Shown in pieces: positions 13,100 through 25,850 of a stretch of DNA of 64,000 nucleotides. This DNA comes from Epiperipatus broadwayi. Its lineage: Eukaryota > Animalia > Onychophora. Under the pieces are notes generated by a model. That model searched no databases. It saw only the letters and a program-made list of their open reading frames with translations, and was not told the DNA's origin. Position 1 is the first letter of the stretch. The number at the start of each line of letters is the position of its first letter. The translations under genes were made by a program, and so were the position numbers. Location of the stretch: positions 2,914,001 through 2,978,000 of the forward strand of contig JAQFVV010000007.1 of the NCBI GenBank assembly GCA_028023455.1, written 5' to 3'.

Positions 13100-14100
13100 G
13101 TATAATAGATGAAAGATGAGAAAATGAACCAATGTAATGCAATTTATGATTTAAACTAATAAAGGGTAAATTTTCTTTCAACAGTTTTAATTCCTTAAAA
13201 AGAGAAATGTCAGAATACAGTAGAAGCTAGGGATTTAAAAAGTTTAATTTTGCTCATAGTTGAAGTATTATTTATTAGTAGCATCAAATAGATATTTTTC
13301 TAGTATGCATTTTTATGCCTAAAAAGCAGCTTGATTTTAAGAATAACGAAACAAGAGATGCAATAGGAATAATGAGGGCTGTAGTTGTGTAAGAAACAGA
13401 AGAAAAAAGTTTAGTGATTTTGAGAAAATTTTTGAAAGAGTAAATTTGTTTGTTGAATAAAAATGAAATCTTAAGAAATTTGTACAAGAATAAAAAATAT
13501 TTGTAATAAAAGAATGCATAGGAAAGAGGGAGATTAAAGAGAGGTTTTGTGTCTATCCTATTTGATATGAAATGTATAGATAAGTTTGAAATAAAAATCA
13601 ATCATCTAAATTTAAAGCAAAGATTATAAATAGAACTGGTAAATTATTAAGAATAAATATTGGGCAAAAGATTTCAGTTAATAAAAATACTGACAAAGAT
13701 ATAAAAATGAGATTTGCCAAATATGGATTTAATGTAGATAATTATTTTGTATCATATTAAAGTTAGAATTAAAAACAGGGATTTGTTAAATGTTTTGTTC
13801 AAAATATAGATTTATGTAAAGCAGAGACCTGGATGGATTAGAAAAAGATTTATAAAAATATTGGAGACTTCTGAGAAGCGATTTGGGGGAAAAAAATAGA
13901 AAAGATAGATAAGAGACGAATTTGCAATGATGAGGAGAGCACATAAAAAGAGATTACTTTTTGAACAAATTTTAAAGTGAAAGAAAAATTAATATATATT
14001 AATAGGCAAAAAAAATTATAAAAAAAAGGTCAATGGAAAATAAGAGAATAATTTCAGTAATGAGTTAAAGTCTAATAGACAGAGTAATAAAAGACATTAC
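13100..14100 (+). mobile_element. Decayed RTE-like LINE RT fragment
   Basis: KQLDFKNNETRDAIGIMR (like QFGFRxxxGTRDAI), RFA(DD)-like and AETW motifs, all with frameshifts. Confidence 0.55.
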
Positions 14101-14454
14101 CAGATAAAACTAAGCACTGATATTTCATCACATGACATTTTAACACCTTTAAGGTATCATAGATATTTCATCACATAGATATATATTTTTATTTACTCCC
14201 TGAATCATCATATGTACTTTTCAACACTGTTAAAATTCCTGTATGCACTATTTTAATATAAAAATCATTAATAAATAATTTTTTACAAGTATTTTTTTTT
14301 ATTTGATAAATACCCCCGCCCCTTCTGCCTATTCATAAACATTTTTTTTTTTTACAAGTAAATAATATATAAAATGAAAACTAAACTTTTATTTGCAAAT
14401 AAAAATAATTAATATTACACAAATTAAAACACCTTTAAGCAAGGTTAGGAGATA

Positions 14455-14500
14455 TAAATATCTGAAGAAGACTGTGAGGAACAGTCGAAATTGTTATTAT
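14455..14500 (+). ncRNA. Solo minimal hammerhead ribozyme-like motif (PLE type)
   Basis: CTGAAGA-a-GACTGT-gagga-ACAGTC-GAAA at 14462-14490. Intact core and perfect 6 bp stem II. Stems I and III are weak. Confidence 0.6.
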
Positions 14501-17500
14501 AATAATAAACATTATGTGCTTAAAAATGTAAGAAGATGGTGATTATTTAATAAGATATATAGTTTGCATATGAATAAGCAAAATTACTGAAGAAGAAGTA
14601 TATATAGAATTAAATTAAATCATGAACAATATTTCTGAGAAATAACCTATTGGATGCATCATCATATTTCAATTCCCCATATTTTCTAAATTATTACATG
14701 TAAAAATTATGTAAATACACCTACCCACACAAAATGCTTACAATAATAACCTGTAGTTTAAAATTTTGAACAATTATAAAAAAATAAATATGTCTATACT
14801 GGGAAAAAGAAACAAACAAATTTACAAAATGAAACATTTTGTAATCTTGCTTATAAAATACATACAAAAATTTACAAATTATAGAGTTTTAATTTATATT
14901 ATTTACTCACAAAAATTCATTTATTAATTATACAAATAAGTTATTTATAAAAAAATTACTTATTAATTTTTTTTTTATATTAAACATTGTACATTTTTAA
15001 AATTATGGTGATTTGGACAGTTATTATAAGAGCTCATGATTTTCTCAATATGATAAAATGTGGTGAAATACATTGAACATGATTATCATATGATGAAATA
15101 TAAAATCATGTAGCACTTTTGATGTATTAGTTATTATGAATTATAATTTTAAGATTGCATTTTTACCACAAATACAATTTTTTTTGCAAAATATTAACAA
15201 TCTAGAACATAAGGATCATTTTATGTCTGTGAAGCAGTGTAGAGTGACTTGATTGCTATGGTGTAGTATTTGTTTGACAATTTTGTTCCTTTGATGGCAA
15301 AACCTTAAACTAAAATGTATATAGATGCATTAATTACAACTAGAATGGCTAGATGTCCATCATTCAAAATAAAAAGCAAAGACTTTTTAAATGAAGACAC
15401 ATTGTATTATAAAGTTGTCAGTGTTTGTGTGATTTTCATTTTTAACTTTTTTGTTGAATATTCCCTGAGAATACTCATAGCTTGAACCAACTCTTTACAG
15501 AAACCATTGTTAATTTTCAGCAATAGAAATATTGAGTTTGTGAATTATTGATTCTGACAATGATAATCAGATGTCAGAGGTTACTGGGGATAAAACCATT
15601 TCAATTAATATGGTATCTCAGCCAATGAAATTTAATAAGGCATGACCTAATCACATTGGTCAGAGTAGAAAAGAGGATTGGTGTGGGTGCACTATTTAAT
15701 TATAATAGGGAAATGGAATATTTATATAAAATCTACTTATCTGTTTATTATTTATAACTTGATTTCATTTAAATTTTCATTTCTAAATATCACATTTCAA
15801 TTTTATTCAATTTTTGTAATTTTTAAAAGCAAATTAGTATAGTAAAACTTTATTAATGTCAGAGAGTAAAGAAATTAAGCACACTTTTTATCAACAGCTG
15901 TCAAAACTACTGTTCTAATTTTTCATTGATTTTTTTATCTGTTCAATTTTAATTTTTCAAGGATAGGATTGATTATTTGAAGTTAAGCTTTAGAGGTATT
16001 ACATTTTGCAATAATCATTATTATTTCTTCTTAAACACCTTTATAGCTTACAAACTAAAACAAAATTTTTATTATTGATCAATTTACTTTCATTTTATTG
16101 ACAAAAATAGCATTTTATTTTTTAGTCTCAATTATTGAATTCAAGTCTAAAACAAAAAAAACATAAAAATTAAAAACTGAAAGTAGAAAATATTTATTTC
16201 ATTTCAACCAAAAAAGAAAAAAAAATCAATCTGAAAATTTGTTGATCTAACATACATCATTGAAATTGAAAAACATGTTTATACAATTTATATATTATTT
16301 TTTGATAATTATATATTTGGGTTCAGATTGTATTTAGGCAAACATAAGTCAGAAATATATTATTGGCAGAAAACTGAAATGTGTTTATAAATATTGTACT
16401 GTTTTGTCATGTGTTTGCAATTTTAAGTAAAATTTTTGTATTTTCAAATATTTTTGTTTTGTATATTTTGTACAAAAATTCATTTTACTGATAGAAAATT
16501 AGTGAAAATAAATTTATTTCACTAAAATACAATTTTTTAGCCTTAAGTGTAAAATGAAACCATTGTTCTCATTATATATTTCACTTTATTAAAATTACAT
16601 TTATCACAATTTTTTCTTTAAAAAATAAATAAATAAATATGTGATAAAGATTTGATAAAATAAAAACCATGCACATTGTTCTCATCATTAAAATTCTGTT
16701 CAAAAGAATTGCACACAAGGAAAAAAATTAAAGTATTTTAATTTACAGTTTATAAAAAATAAAGGATGTAATTAAATAAATCATACTATTGCTGATATGC
16801 AAACTAAACTTTTAAGTTACTACATTTTTTACTTTAAAAATTTTTTTTACTGTATAGTAAAATATATTACAGAAAAAGCGATATGCTTCAAAGTTCCTAT
16901 CAGAACTTATTCCATTTACTAAATTAAAATTATTGACATATCTTATTGCTTATTTTTCTGAAGATTCTCAATATAAGACTATAATTATATTATTGTGTAA
17001 GGACTAAGTCTTAACTAATAATTGAGATAGAGAATTCATATTTCACTTAGATTTTAGTGGAATTCTGACAACACATTATAAATCTCAACTTTTTTTGCAG
17101 ATATCTTAAGTTCCTATAATATTGTTTCATCACTATTCATAGAACTATTGAACAGTGTAACTGTTTGTTTTGAAAATGAATTAAATTACTTTGTGTTAAG
17201 ACCTAAATAATACAATTTCAACCTATTCAATTGTGCTTTCATCCAATCAGATAACTGCTTGTTCATTTTTCTTGCTGTTTCTGTATTAAACATTTGCAAA
17301 TGAATGGAACTTAGGAATAGTAAACTGAAAAAAAAAGAAATTATAGTACTGAGATAACTGGAAATATCCTTCATTAACTATTCCTCAATACTGCTGACTT
17401 GCATGCCACAGCTGGATTAAATGAATGGAAAACAAATTCTGAAATGCAAGGAAATCATTTTGAAAACTAGAATATATGCACTGAAAATCAAGAAAAGATC

Positions 17501-18102
17501 AGATGTGGTCAAATAAAAATTGTTATCATTTATATACATAAGATAATCTGGATGGAAAAAATAAAATAAAAATATTCACTATTCAAACAAAATACAAAGA
17601 AATAATGTAGTTTTTGTCAGAAAAAATATTGCCATTAAAAATAACTCTGATATTAATTTGACTTATGTTAATTAAATTTCATATTCAACACTATTACAAT
17701 AGAAGTTTATGTTCCAAGAATTAAAGCAAAAAAAAAGAAAAAGAGGTTTTGTGAGGTGACCAGAATGCCAAAATCAAAAATGTTGAAAGCAAAAGAATGA
17801 TTAAGCAGCTTTTGTAAATTTGATCTTTTTATTGTCAATACACTCTTTAAGCAGCCATAATATTTGCACATAATTTTAAGAAATCCTTTTCAATTTGTTA
17901 TTTCTTCTTATTATTCCTTTTAGTTAATTTTTTTTTATTCTTAAAAAAGTATCGCTTGATGGAAAATGTGTAGATATACCCAGAGTCATGATACATTTAA
18001 ATAGAATATCTCATCAAAAATATCTTATTCAATATTTTTCAATGTAGTTTTTTCTGTACTGATCTTTGATGCTTTAGTCATAATCTGTCAGGCAGTTGTC
18101 AA

Positions 18103-18174
18103 ACGTTGGTGGCCTAGCAGTTAGCATAGCTGCCTTCTAAGCAGCTAGCCCGTGTTCGCTTTCCGGTCAATGCT
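18103..18174 (+). pseudogene. tRNA-Gly(TCC)-derived retrocopy with anticodon mutated to TCT
   Basis: acgttggtggcctagcagttagcatagctgccttctaagcagctagcccgtgttcgctttccggtcaatgct closely resembles eukaryotic tRNA-Gly-TCC. The insert (18098-18189) is flanked by the 12 bp direct repeat tgtcaggcagtt (18086-18097, 18190-18201). Confidence 0.85.
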
Positions 18175-19415
18175 TTGACATATATATAATGTCAGGCAGT
18201 TCTTTTTTTTTTCAAATTTGTTTCCAGTTTCAGTAACTTTATAAAGGTTTTATTGTGATTTATTTTTTTGATGCTTATTGGAATATTCTGATCACTTCTC
18301 TTAAAAAAACTTTTTAAATTTTATCCTTTTTTGCCTCCCACTGTTATTTTCTGACATCAATTTTGTTTTTCGTAGCTGTTTCATCTTTCTAATTTTTTTC
18401 ACTTTCATGTAAAATTCATGATTTTCAATCACATCTAGAACTTCAAATTGATTTATGATGTTATTTTTAAAAATTGTAGACATGTATTTTAGATATGTAG
18501 GCCAATGTATATATTTGTACATTCTCAGTTTCATGCAAAGTTTATTTAATAATTAATGATCTGTTCTACATTTTTCTCCTTGCTGTGGTATTAAACTTAA
18601 AGTTTTCTAATGCTGAAATCCAAAATTGAATTCAATTTGATTTCTATGAATGCAATATTGATTATAATAAAATTGAATAAATTCTTGATTGCAAGCAATA
18701 GAAGACTTCAAATATAAGCTACTCTTTTTATAATATCATAAAACAATCTGAGATTTGGGGTGATAATTGAGTGAGAACAAATGATCTGTGGATGGAAGTC
18801 AGGATCATGGCAAAAATAAAATGAGTGAAACAACCAGAAAAATGAAAATAATTGCCACAATATACATTAATGATCGCAAAAAAATAAGAAGCCAAAATTA
18901 CAAATAGTAATTTGATGGGAAGTGACTAGGACATTCCAAAAACATACAGAAAAGACAAAGAACAATAATATAATAATATTTATAAAGACACTTTCACAGA
19001 AAGCAATCTTAAAAAAATATGAGTTGCCTAAAGATCAAAAGAAATTTTTGGACAAGGGTAGATCTGCTGAAAAATGCAAGAGAACAGATTATAATGGAAA
19101 TAAATATCAATCAGAAATGGAATACAGAGAAAAGAAGCACTGCAAAATATCAAATAAGATACACCTGATATTTTATTTAGATGAATAATTAAAAAGACAA
19201 GTTCAGATTAACATGAAGATCATTGACATGGCATTACAAATTTTACAGAAAAATAACAAAATTATTGATCAAATTGAATGTTGGACTATTTCATCATCTA
19301 ATATGAATTTTGTCAAATTAAATTGATAATTCAACCTAATTAATATGATTATTCATAATATTTGGAGACATTTAATGATTAATATTAGATAAGAGAAGTA
19401 GTCCAACATATAATA

Positions 19416-20635
19416 CTGTATTACTTCAAATACAAGATGTTTTTTCTTCAAAATTTAGACCCATAAAATAGGGATGCATCTTAAAATTGAGAACAAAAAT
19501 TTTTGACATCTTTTTTCTGAGAATCTTATATGCTATACATGCATATTATGACCATTGATATCCCTGTGTAGAATAGCATGTTAAATCTTTTTAATCAAAA
19601 AAGATTTAACATTAAATGTCAATATTTTGGGGATTAATTTTGTAAATGGCTTTAACACTCTCTCAAACCACTACTTTGCTGATTTTACTGTTATTTTATT
19701 GAGAAAACCTTATTGAATTTTTTACAATGAATAAATCAATATAACAATGAGATAAGAATATGCTTTTCATGGTTGTTTTTGTTGTCTACACAAGAAAGTA
19801 TCTGTGAGCAATTTGGAGTTCTGATATCTTCGTTTTGATTTTCAAAGTGAAAACATATGTTTTAGCATCTTTTAACATTATATTGCCAATTTACTGTTAT
19901 TTTATCAAGAAAACTATACGGAATAATTTTTAGAATTTTTTTGAAACTAATAAATCAGTACAATAAGATAAAAACCTGCTTTCCTTGACACTGATTGGTT
20001 GCTTCTTGTTCTCTATACAAGAGTGCCTGTCATCAACCTTGATCAGTTTCAATATCTTCATTTTGATTTTAAAAGTGAAAATGTATGTTTTAGAATCTTT
20101 TTTTATACATTTATAATTATTTCCAGAAAATATAAAAAATGCGATTTTACATGAAAGCAAATTGACAAAGAAATTTTAACATTCGGCTGCAATTTATAAT
20201 TGGATGACAAACATTATGTTTGCTGCTATAGATTATTTTCATCAATTATAAATAGAAATTAATTTTTTAACAAAACTTTCATTTACTTTAATAATCTAAC
20301 AAATTATTAATTTGCATTTTAGAAAAGGTTTTTAATTAAATTTATCAAAAAAATGTTTCTTATAATGTTGTATTGCTAGTGATTTAAATGGCCTGAAGAT
20401 TATGTACCCTGGTGGAATAAAAAAGATGAGAATTCTGAAAGTGAAGATATAAAAAGTGAAAATATGTCTGAAGATTTGCAATTAGATGAGCTTATTGTAT
20501 TTATATTAGTTACTATTTAAATAAATAAAAATGTTTCTTACTTTCAATAAAATCATTTAAATTTTTTCCCCCAAATTTACGAACTTAAAATCCTACTGTC
20601 TTAAATTTAGGGGTCTTATATTCAAAGTAATATGG
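19416..20635. mobile_element. Non-autonomous pogo/Tc1-mariner superfamily element
   Basis: Imperfect TIRs ctgtattacttcaaatacaagatg / gtcttatattcaaagtaatatgg with TA on both sides. Internal ~220 bp diverged duplication whose minus strand reads KTYxFTxKIK, resembling a transposase N-terminal HTH. Confidence 0.7.
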
Positions 20636-22049
20636 TAATAACTAAAATAGCATCATATCAAACGTTCTGACAAATACTGATCAAATTGTTAGCAGATTTG
20701 GAAAATTAATTCTTGGCCTACAGATTAAAAATAATTTTTTTATTTGTATATAGAAAAAAAAATTCTTAACAGATTGTATCCTATTTTTAAACAATGTACA
20801 AGGTTATGCTAAAAATCATTTTGCACAAATTCTTTGGCAGTTTATATTCATTATAACAAATAAATATACAAGCTGGTTTCTTAAAAAATTGAGGAGCTAA
20901 AAATATTACTAATGTATGTTGGCTCACTAAGTTTAATAGATATTTGAATTCGGTTGCTCATACTAAATTATAAGTTCTTAGAAAAATGATTTTAATGTTC
21001 TTATGAGAATTTTTTACATTGGCTTCATATTGACAAAGGAATCAAGAAAGAAGCCTATTGCTATTCTATTCGTATACTAAACAAGGTTCTTTTTAATATG
21101 GATAGGATTTCATAATTAGAGGAAGAAATACTAATTTTAGATGCGCTCATGCAACCATACATAGAACTGAAACAAAGAAAATCTTGAAAATTCTCATTAG
21201 AAAAGAAAACAAAAAGAAAGTGACATTATTAAGCTAAATATGAAAAAATAAATCAGCATCAAAACTGAAAGCACAGAAATGACTGTCAGTTTTTGCATCA
21301 TTTATTGACAACAAAGAATTCAGTAACAAGATTTATCATAGACTAACACTGGCAATTCGAGAGGGAAAATATGGAAAAGAATTTGATGTAATTTCATACA
21401 TTTAAAAATGAAAATTGAACTAAAGAAAAATAATAAAACATTTTAAAACTGTAACATTTTTGAGACTATTATGGACAGCTAAGAAAATGAAAAAGTATCA
21501 GATTAGACTTCAACTTTCACTTTAAATCATTAAAAATACCATAGCACAAACAATTCTGATCATTTAAAAAAATATTTCCCAGGTTTGTTATAGTAACTTT
21601 GCTCAACAACAAATCAATTGGCTATTAAATCCTTCTTTGTTAATGGACATACAGAGACAAAAGCCATAAGCTATATTTTTAAAATCCAATTTTAAGATCA
21701 AGTGTTGGCCTTATAATTTTATTCTTACTTAGTCATAATCTTTTCCCCCATTCCATTAATTTTACTAAGTATGAATTAAAAAATAATTAAATTTAAATTT
21801 CTAATGTAATGAATTAGACAGCATTTATAATATTTAAATGCAGCTCTAAATCTAAATTGGAGATTTAATAATTCATTATAACAATTTTTCATGACTTTTT
21901 ATATGATGGTCATGAATATGGGTTTTAAAATATGAATAAAGACCAGTACTATAAAATAAAAAATGTAAACATTTTAATATAAAAAATTAAGGCAAGAAAG
22001 ATATCCCTTAAATCCCGAAGAAATAAATAACTATCTGGTTAAGTAAATT

Positions 22050-22470
22050 GGAAGAAATTTTAAGTTTGAATAGATTGCAGGATTTCTCCCCAACACAAGT
22101 GAAAATTTAAAAAATGTGGGAGAAGATAGCATGTGTCCAATGTTGTTCTCACCATTCTATTATAAAATAAAGGTCTTTACCACGAATTGAACACTAAATT
22201 ACATTCTCAAAAATTGCAAGATACTGAAACTATTACTAATAACAAAAAGAGGAAGCATGGCTCTTAATGATGTCACCCACAAACAATATGACAGAAGAAT
22301 TAAAACGGAAAAACTCATTAGCAAACAAATGCAATTCAATTACAAACCTGAAGATGCCGCACTTCTTAAAAAAGATGGCAAAAACTGGAAGAGTCTCTTG
22401 ACTTGTAGGACACTGATCAGTTGCATTATCGTTCATTATGAAAACACACTTTTCTTTAATTGAATAAATA
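22050..22470 (+). mobile_element. Possible Gypsy integrase C-terminal remnant
   Basis: KQYDRR...FNYKPEDAALLK...W resembles the QKxxYD...FxxGDxVLL motif. Weak. Confidence 0.3.
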
Positions 22471-23149
22471 ATATTTAAGTGATATATATGCACTTCATAT
22501 ACATCATGATTAAAATTGAAAGAAAAATGACGCTAGATATTCCATTCCAAATACCAACAAATTCCTAGAAAATATTATTAAAACTAAAAAAAAAGGAATT
22601 TTGAAAGAGCAATTACAACATAGATTAATTAATAATAAAATGCCAATATCAATTATATTAAAAGAAAGACATTCACTCTGCTTTAAATGAAACAGAATTG
22701 GGCATATAGCTGTAAATTGGGAATTGTTCCAAAGGTGATAAATTTGAGATTAGTCCACTTATGCAATATTAATAAAAACAAGTGCAAAGTATTAAGGTTA
22801 ATATGAAAGAAGTTTCTGATTATATTGAGCCATTAAGCTCAAATGACATCAATAATAATGATGTCCATGAAATGCCATTTCTAGAGGATATTGAGATGAT
22901 ATGCAATAAAGAAAATATCAATCAAAGCAAAAAAAAAATGAATTGAAGAAAATAGATGTTACATGCTAACACAAATATCAAAAAGTCCAAAATATGAACA
23001 AGAGGGGGGGGGGAGGACATTTCCAATAAAAGATGAGCAAAAACTGTGCAAGCATAAGGAAGTAATGACAAATGATAAAAAAAAAAAACCAAAGAATTAC
23101 TGTTACTGTTGTAGAAGATAAAATAGAAAGTGAAACAAAGAACATAATT

Positions 23150-24700
23150 CAGAAATCATGAATAATAACTTAAAAATGATATTAGAGGAATTAATGGCCA
23201 AATAAAGTCGAAATTTTTTTAGATTTTATATACCAACAGATGTATGATTTACTTATATTAAAAGACACAAATATAAATCATAAAACATCTAAATCTATAA
23301 TAGGTGCATTAGCCAAACAAAATATAGTATTATATAAAGCTGATGATAGGCCAACACAAGGAGGGCAATGTTAATAAATATCCACTCTGATATAAAAAAG
23401 ATTCAAATACACTTACAAATTATATAATTATTTCTTTTGTCTATCAAAAAATGCTCCATTATTTGATTTCATTTATTCAATAGCAAGGGGAAAGACATTA
23501 CATTTTATTTAGCGTAGAAATGTTTAGAGATCAGAATGACCTAATTTTATTAGATGCACAGATGGCTTAACATAAAAAGAAAATATTTATAATAAAACAA
23601 CTAGCCAATCACTGCAAACACTCACCAATCGTTAAAAAGCTTTATTAGTATTATTTTAGTTAATTAATTTAAAGTCAAGAGATAATAATGATCATTTCCA
23701 CTAGCCTAAAATATAGCAAGTGTAAATAATACTGATTAATGGCCTCTGAAGAGTAAAAACAGCATAGACAGATTGAATGTATTGAGAAAAATTATTTTGT
23801 TATAAAAAACATAGGGAGGATACTTATGGATATAAATATTAAACTTCCTTTAAATGATAACTTGAGTTTATGTGATATTATTTCAGGCTACTTTATTTAT
23901 ATTTTTGATAGTCCAGAAACAAATGTAAAACAGATGATTTTCCTGTCCCTGCACTCATTGACTTAGTTTGAGCAGTCCTTATTCAGTAGACACACATTTC
24001 TACTATACATGTTTTATGGATTATTTGATTGTTTCTAAATAAGAATGAAGCATATGCTTTTCCTGCCACTTACACTTGAATAATTATTTTTTAACTGATA
24101 GGCATTCATTCCTATCATTCAGTTCTTAAGTCTGTCACTAATGCCAATAGATACATAATTCATACCCAGGCATTTGGTGATATTAATTCGAATGCCACTG
24201 AAACAATTGTTAAAGATCACGATACTTAGTTCCATTCCCCAATCTCTGCAACATGAAATGCTTTAGATCAATTTCAGCCTCCTAATAGTATATTTTATAA
24301 AATGTTTAGCATATCCTTGGGCCTGTGAGTGAGAATAAGTTCTTGAATCTGTGTTGCGACCAAATTACATTAATAAATAGTAGTTTTAGTATATGCAGTG
24401 TTAGGATCTACCTAGAGACAATTAAAATGCACAGGGGCATATATTGTCTATGCATGAGGCAATGAATATCTAGTTCAATGAAATTTGTACCAATCTAGCT
24501 AGGGTAGTTAAATAAAACCGTTAAGATAATAGATCAATAAATGTTATCATACTGAATTCAGTCCAGGTAAAAACCCAATACACTGATGTTTCCCAAGGGT
24601 TTCTGTCAATTGTTATTTGTATGGTGATTATGTGTATTGTACCAATATCTTAGCTGTACATATAATTTTGTCTAAAAACTATTGAAATAAACATTTTCAT
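23150..24700. mobile_element. LINE remnants: endonuclease N-terminus (+, ~23150-23750) and Tx1-like 3' part (-, ~23950-24700)
   Basis: DIRGING...KDT resembles NxRG...QET. aggatctacctagag near 24405 resembles the Tx1-like copy at 58280. Confidence 0.35.
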
Positions 24701-25702
24701 AAACAACGTAGTTTAAAATTGATAATAAAATCAATAAGTTGTCCGAAAATGAGTAGAAACATCTCATTTGAAAATAAGTATATTTATACAAGTCTAAAGA
24801 GTTTTTCTTTATTATTAGTTTAAAACAAAATCCAGTTCACTAAAAGAAAATAATCTATAAAAGTTTAAAGAGTTATTCATATAAGTTAAAAGTTCAATAA
24901 AAGAAGTTTAAAGAGTTTTTTTAAAAAGGTTTGCTAAAAATCAATTAATTCATAGTTTTACATATTAAGAATTGGAAGGGGGAGAGAAATTATCTTAGAA
25001 AAATTTAAAGTAGAATTAAAATGACAGTTTAAACTGTAAATCTTTTACATAAGATAAAAAAATCTCTTTTCATTCAATTTAAAGAAAAAGGTCTTTTCCC
25101 GTTATTTGAAAGAAATAAAATATACATGTGCATAAATAACGAGTGATAAATGTGTGCGTGTTAAAAATATTAAAAAGAAAAACAAATGAAAGTGTAGGTG
25201 ATCTAAAAACAGAATTTGCAATGGCTACTAATTAAAAAATTCACAAACAACAGAATTTGGAAATGGTTACCAACTGAAAACAGGATTAAAATCTTATCAA
25301 AGAAATGTAATCAAAAACAGTGGAGGAATTTCAACAACAGATATGGCTGGTGGACATAAAAACCAATTAACAAAGTGACAACAGGTCATCACATAAATAG
25401 TTGTTTTTCTTCAATCAGTTCAGTTTTCAATCTATCAGTTGAGATCACAATCAGATTAAATCAGTTCTCAATCTGTTTTCCAGGACTATGCAGTGCTAAC
25501 AGCCACTGGAGTCATACAACTTTGCTCCAGCCCTTAGTCTAATGGAAGATCAGCAATTTGCCTGGAAATAGTGATGCTTGCCTAACTTAAAAAAAATGAA
25601 CAGGAATATCTAACTATCTTAAAGAATAGTGCCACGAAATAGTAAACATTAAACCTCCAAAAAAAATCTCAAATCCAACCAGTTGGAAAATTTACACCTG
25701 AA

Positions 25703-25850
25703 GCAGCAAACAGAAGAATTTAACATCCAAAATTCTATAGGTAATGAACTTTTCTTATTTCATTTCTGATAATGATGCAGCAAACAGAAGAATTTAACAT
25801 CCAAAATCCTATAGGTAATGAACTTTTCTTATTTCATTTCTGATAATGAT
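25703..25850. repeat. 74 bp tandem duplication
   Basis: gcagcaaacagaag...gataatgat starts at 25703 and 25777, with one visible mismatch. Confidence 0.95.
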
